This document shows positions 60,660 to 64,000 of a stretch of DNA of 64,000 nt, piece after piece. Location of the stretch: the NCBI GenBank assembly GCA_044892505.1, contig CM097884.1, forward strand, positions 127,534,001 through 127,598,000, written 5' to 3'. The notes under the pieces were generated by a model. It saw nothing but the letters and a program-made list of their open reading frames with translations. It did not search any database and was not told the origin of the DNA. Source of the DNA: Schmidtea nova (Eukaryota). A program made the translations under genes and the position numbers. Position 1 is the first letter of the stretch. Each line of letters starts with the position of its first letter.

Positions 60660-61466
60660 TTAAAAATATAATATTCTTTTATTTTTATACAAAAAAAATA
60701 TTTTTTTTAAGAATATATTATAAATATTTTCATATTTATAAACAACAGAATGATTGTAAACGAAATCCATAATCCCCAATTGAAAATGCTCTAAAACTCG
60801 AGTACAGAAAAGACGGTCAGTCTTGTCCAAAGTATGTGGCATTACACCCATGACATTTGAAAAATTAAACGAGTATAGAACACAAATCAAAAGAAGAAAA
60901 TAAACATCATCAACAACCACATCAGTTAATTTACTTAAACCGCAAAAAATGAGGCAAACACACGGACTCAAAACTCTCATACTCACATATTCACAAACAA
61001 CGATATGACTGAAAACAACGCTAAATCCCATTAATTGACTCCGCTCTGAAACTCGAATACAGAGAAGACGGGCAGTCTTTTCCAATGTATGTGGCATTTC
61101 ACCCATGACGTTTGAAAATATAAACGAGAACAGAGCAAAGAGCAATACAGAAAACTTAGAATCGCCAACAATCACATCAATTAATTCATAAACAATAGAA
61201 TAAGAGAAGGAATCAGCACAAGTGTAAACCTCATCATTAAATCGAAATACTAATTTGACAATATAAAACTCTATACATTTAGAATTATAAAAATTAAATA
61301 CAAACATTTTCCTAGACAAACTTTCACAGAATACCGGAACAACTGACGGATTATTATCTTTCTTTAATACATAACACAACCAGCATGGCACTAATATAAT
61401 TAACAACAAATGACAATCCAAATATATATTTTGCACAATATATTTCGAGAACTTAATTCTCTTCAT
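60660..61466 (-). CDS. Second copy of the monomer ORF (268 aa; extra base in an A-run shifts the C-terminus)
   Basis: Identical to 61593-62429 up to KKIFF. Confidence 0.55.
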   Translation of the reverse strand: MKRIKFSKYIVQNIYLDCHLLLIILVPCWLCYVLKKDNNPSVVPVFCESLSRKMFVFNFYNSKCIEFYIVKLVFRFNDEVYTCADSFSYSIVYELIDVIVGDSKFSVLLFALFSFIFSNVMGEMPHTLEKTARLLCIRVSERSQLMGFSVVFSHIVVCEYVSMRVLSPCVCLIFCGLSKLTDVVVDDVYFLLLICVLYSFNFSNVMGVMPHTLDKTDRLFCTRVLEHFQLGIMDFVYNHSVVYKYENIYNIFLKKIFFLYKNKRILYF

Positions 61467-61592
61467 CAGGTGCTACCCAATCTTACATCGAAATATAAAT
61501 CACTTAAATCGATTTATTCGAACAAATTAGTATTAATTTTTAAAATAAAATATATATTTTAAATTCTATTATAGTCAAAAAATTTATATCGT

Positions 61593-62429
61593 TTAAAAAT
61601 TTAAAAATTTAAATAAATCAATCTTAAAAATATAATATTCTTTTATTTTTATACAAAAAAATATTTTTTTTAAGAATATATTATAAATATTTTCATATTT
61701 ATAAACAACAGAATGATTGTAAACGAAATCCATAATCCCCAATTGAAAATGCTCTAAAACTCGAGTACAGAAAAGACGGTCAGTCTTGTCCAAAGTATGT
61801 GGCATTACACCCATGACATTTGAAAAATTAAACGAGTATAGAACACAAATCAAAAGAAGAAAATAAACATCATCAACAACCACATCAGTTAATTTACTTA
61901 AACCGCAAAAAATGAGGCAAACACACGGACTCAAAACTCTCATACTCACATATTCACAAACAACGATATGACTGAAAACAACGCTAAATCCCATTAATTG
62001 ACTCCGCTCTGAAACTCGAATACAGAGAAGACGGGCAGTCTTTTCCAATGTATGTGGCATTTCACCCATGACGTTTGAAAATATAAACGAGAACAGAGCA
62101 AAGAGCAATACAGAAAACTTAGAATCGCCAACAATCACATCAATTAATTCATAAACAATAGAATAAGAGAAGGAATCAGCACAAGTGTAAACCTCATCAT
62201 TAAATCGAAATACTAATTTGACAATATAAAACTCTATACATTTAGAATTATAAAAATTAAATACAAACATTTTCCTAGACAAACTTTCACAGAATACCGG
62301 AACAACTGACGGATTATTATCTTTCTTTAATACATAACACAACCAGCATGGCACTAATATAATTAACAACAAATGACAATCCAAATATATATTTTGCACA
62401 ATATATTTCGAGAACTTAATTCTCTTCAT
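61593..62429 (-). CDS. 278-aa hydrophobic protein of unknown function encoded by the monomer
   Basis: 837-nt ORF covering ~87% of the monomer; internal duplication SNVMG(E/V)MPHTL(E/D)KT; several hydrophobic segments. Confidence 0.6.
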   Translation of the reverse strand: MKRIKFSKYIVQNIYLDCHLLLIILVPCWLCYVLKKDNNPSVVPVFCESLSRKMFVFNFYNSKCIEFYIVKLVFRFNDEVYTCADSFSYSIVYELIDVIVGDSKFSVLLFALFSFIFSNVMGEMPHTLEKTARLLCIRVSERSQLMGFSVVFSHIVVCEYVSMRVLSPCVCLIFCGLSKLTDVVVDDVYFLLLICVLYSFNFSNVMGVMPHTLDKTDRLFCTRVLEHFQLGIMDFVYNHSVVYKYENIYNIFLKKIFFCIKIKEYYIFKIDLFKFLNF

Positions 62430-62436
62430 CAGGTGC
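62396..62436 (-). ncRNA. Minimal type I hammerhead ribozyme; identical copies at 61433-61473 and 60469-60509
   Basis: GCAC-CUGAUGA-A-GAGAA(uuaag)UUCUC-GAA-AUAUAU-U|GUGC; 4-bp stem I, 5-bp stem II, palindromic stem III, AUU triplet. Confidence 0.78.
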
Positions 62437-63122
62437 TACCCAATCTTACATCGAAATATAAATCACTTAAATCGATTTATTCGAACAAATTAGTATTAAT
62501 TTTTAAAATAAAATATATATTTTAAATTCTATTATAGTCAAAAAATTTATATCGTTTAAAAATTTAAAAATTTAAATAAATCAATCTTAAAAATATAATA
62601 TTCTTTTATTTTTATACAAAAAAATATTTTTTTTAAGAATATATTATAAATATTTTCATATTTATAAACAACAGAATGATTGTAAACGAAATCCATAATC
62701 TCCAATTGAATTTTACTGTTGAGGCCTCCGGCGATCCGCTTAGATTTATTAATATTTTGTAAATTATTCATATTTAGATAATTAATTTAAATATAATTGA
62801 TGAAAAATTTTGTGAGTAAAAAGTGACGAAATATTTCAAGTATATACTATATAAAGGTGAATTTTATTAACCGACCAATCAGAATCGAGATAGGATAGGC
62901 AAATACATGCACACATACTGCACACATAATATACCTTTGTTTATGTGTGTTTGACGTCACGATATTGCTTTGTATCGTGACAAAGACATGACATGTGCTT
63001 ATCATGCATTGATCACGCACTGGTCATGCCTTTGTGATGAAAATAATAATATTTATAATTAATAATAATATTTATAATTAATAATAATAAAAATAAAAAT
63101 TAATAAAAATAATAAAATACAT

Positions 63123-63524
63123 TTATTGCTTTAAATAATCGACAACAGCAGACAAGCACCCTTTATAGGCACACATACAATGATCTTTATAGGGACATGA
63201 AATGTTTTCAGGAACATATTCAACTTCTTTAAAATTATATTTAATTAATCTTAATTTGGGGAAATACTTCTTCAAAACATACATATTTTCATTATCGGTA
63301 ACATAGAAAATAGCTCCTTTATCTGTGATATCATCCATTATACATTTTGGGCAAAAATAATCTTGTCCTTCAAACGATTCTATACGATCAGGCCATAAAG
63401 ATAAATCACTGTATATATAATACTGAGGTGTGAAAATATTATTGACATTCATAATACATAATTCCTTAATTGTTGTTCCACCCATTTCATTATATCCATA
63501 AAAATCGATAAAATAACAAGACAT
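63123..63524 (-). CDS. 133-aa Polinton-associated protein; N-terminal IDFYG..IKEL and C-terminal Cys/His cluster
   Basis: Intact ORF adjacent to and co-oriented with the adenain-like protease; function not recognised with certainty. Confidence 0.6.
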   Translation of the reverse strand: MSCYFIDFYGYNEMGGTTIKELCIMNVNNIFTPQYYIYSDLSLWPDRIESFEGQDYFCPKCIMDDITDKGAIFYVTDNENMYVLKKYFPKLRLIKYNFKEVEYVPENISCPYKDHCMCAYKGCLSAVVDYLKQ

Positions 63525-63556
63525 TTTTTCAAATAAAGTTTATTAAAATAAATTGT

Positions 63557-63935
63557 TTATAACATTGATTTCAACCATGCAAGGCAATGTTCACCACAAG
63601 TGATTGTTAAAGGATGCTGATACCGAATTCTATTATACACAATAGGTTTACCGATAGTTTGTAGTTTTCGAACAAGTAAATTCGGATAATAATATCCAAA
63701 GGGATCAAATACATGTATTCGATCTGGTTTCACATAAACTGCAATCCAATGTTCACCGCCCAATGTAGATGTCTGAGTATTTACAATGATGGCTTGATTC
63801 ATTTTCAAATAAGGTATTTCATCTAGTGGAAATACTCCAATAAATTGATTTCCCAATAGTTTTTTACCTTGTTGTAATACCTGAAAAGAACTATTTAAAA
63901 ATAAATTAACTAATCAATTAAAAATCTTACTCCAT
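63557..63935 (-). CDS. Adenain-like Polinton/Maverick cysteine protease with a predicted 40-nt intron (63930-63891)
   Basis: FIGVFPLD, VNT..GGEHW, FDPFG, YQ..TCGEHC (His/Asp/Gln/Cys); splicing gives MDSFQVLQQGKKLLGNQF. Confidence 0.85.
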
Positions 63936-64000
63936 AATAAGAATAATAAAAATAATAACTTTGATCATTTATACTGTTTGATCTCTGCTAAAACTAGTAA

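Larger units (their letters stand above)
60440..62712 (-). mobile_element. Tandem array of 963/964-bp hammerhead-containing, ORF-bearing monomers (retrozyme-like)
   Basis: Unit marker AAATGACAATCC at 60444, 61408 and 62371; 2 full plus partial units; three hammerheads; ends in (TTA)n-type tract. Confidence 0.9.

Overview
AT-rich eukaryotic DNA, almost certainly metazoan (BEL/Pao element, nuclear-receptor fragment, 40-55 nt GT-AG introns, (AT)n/(AAT)n microsatellites), from a scaffolded assembly with five N gaps. It is almost entirely nested mobile DNA: Penelope-like RT, hAT, piggyBac, mariner, MITEs, Polinton/Maverick pieces, Gypsy elements (a mini element, a 14-kb gag-only element, a 2.8-kb solo LTR) and a truncated BEL/Pao. 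One plausible host gene lies at 14073-15216. Two things stand out. (1) A tandem array of ~963-bp monomers (60440-62712, minus strand; older copies at 20140-23600) in which each monomer carries a Penelope-type minimal hammerhead ribozyme and a ~278-codon ORF whose ATG is the AUG of the hammerhead CUGAUGA core. This looks like a protein-coding retrozyme whose ORF would be intact only in multimeric or circularised RNA. (2) A 944-codon ORF (38510-35676) that joins intronless fragments of CCT1, a HECT ligase, glutathione reductase, mitochondrial Hsp70 and polyubiquitin in frame to BEL/Pao Gag, with a full ubiquitin ending in GG directly before Gag and an internal tRNAiMet primer-binding site. A second locus with the same upstream motif carries a CDP-DAG synthase fragment. 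All family calls come from motif recognition by eye; no database search or folding program was run.
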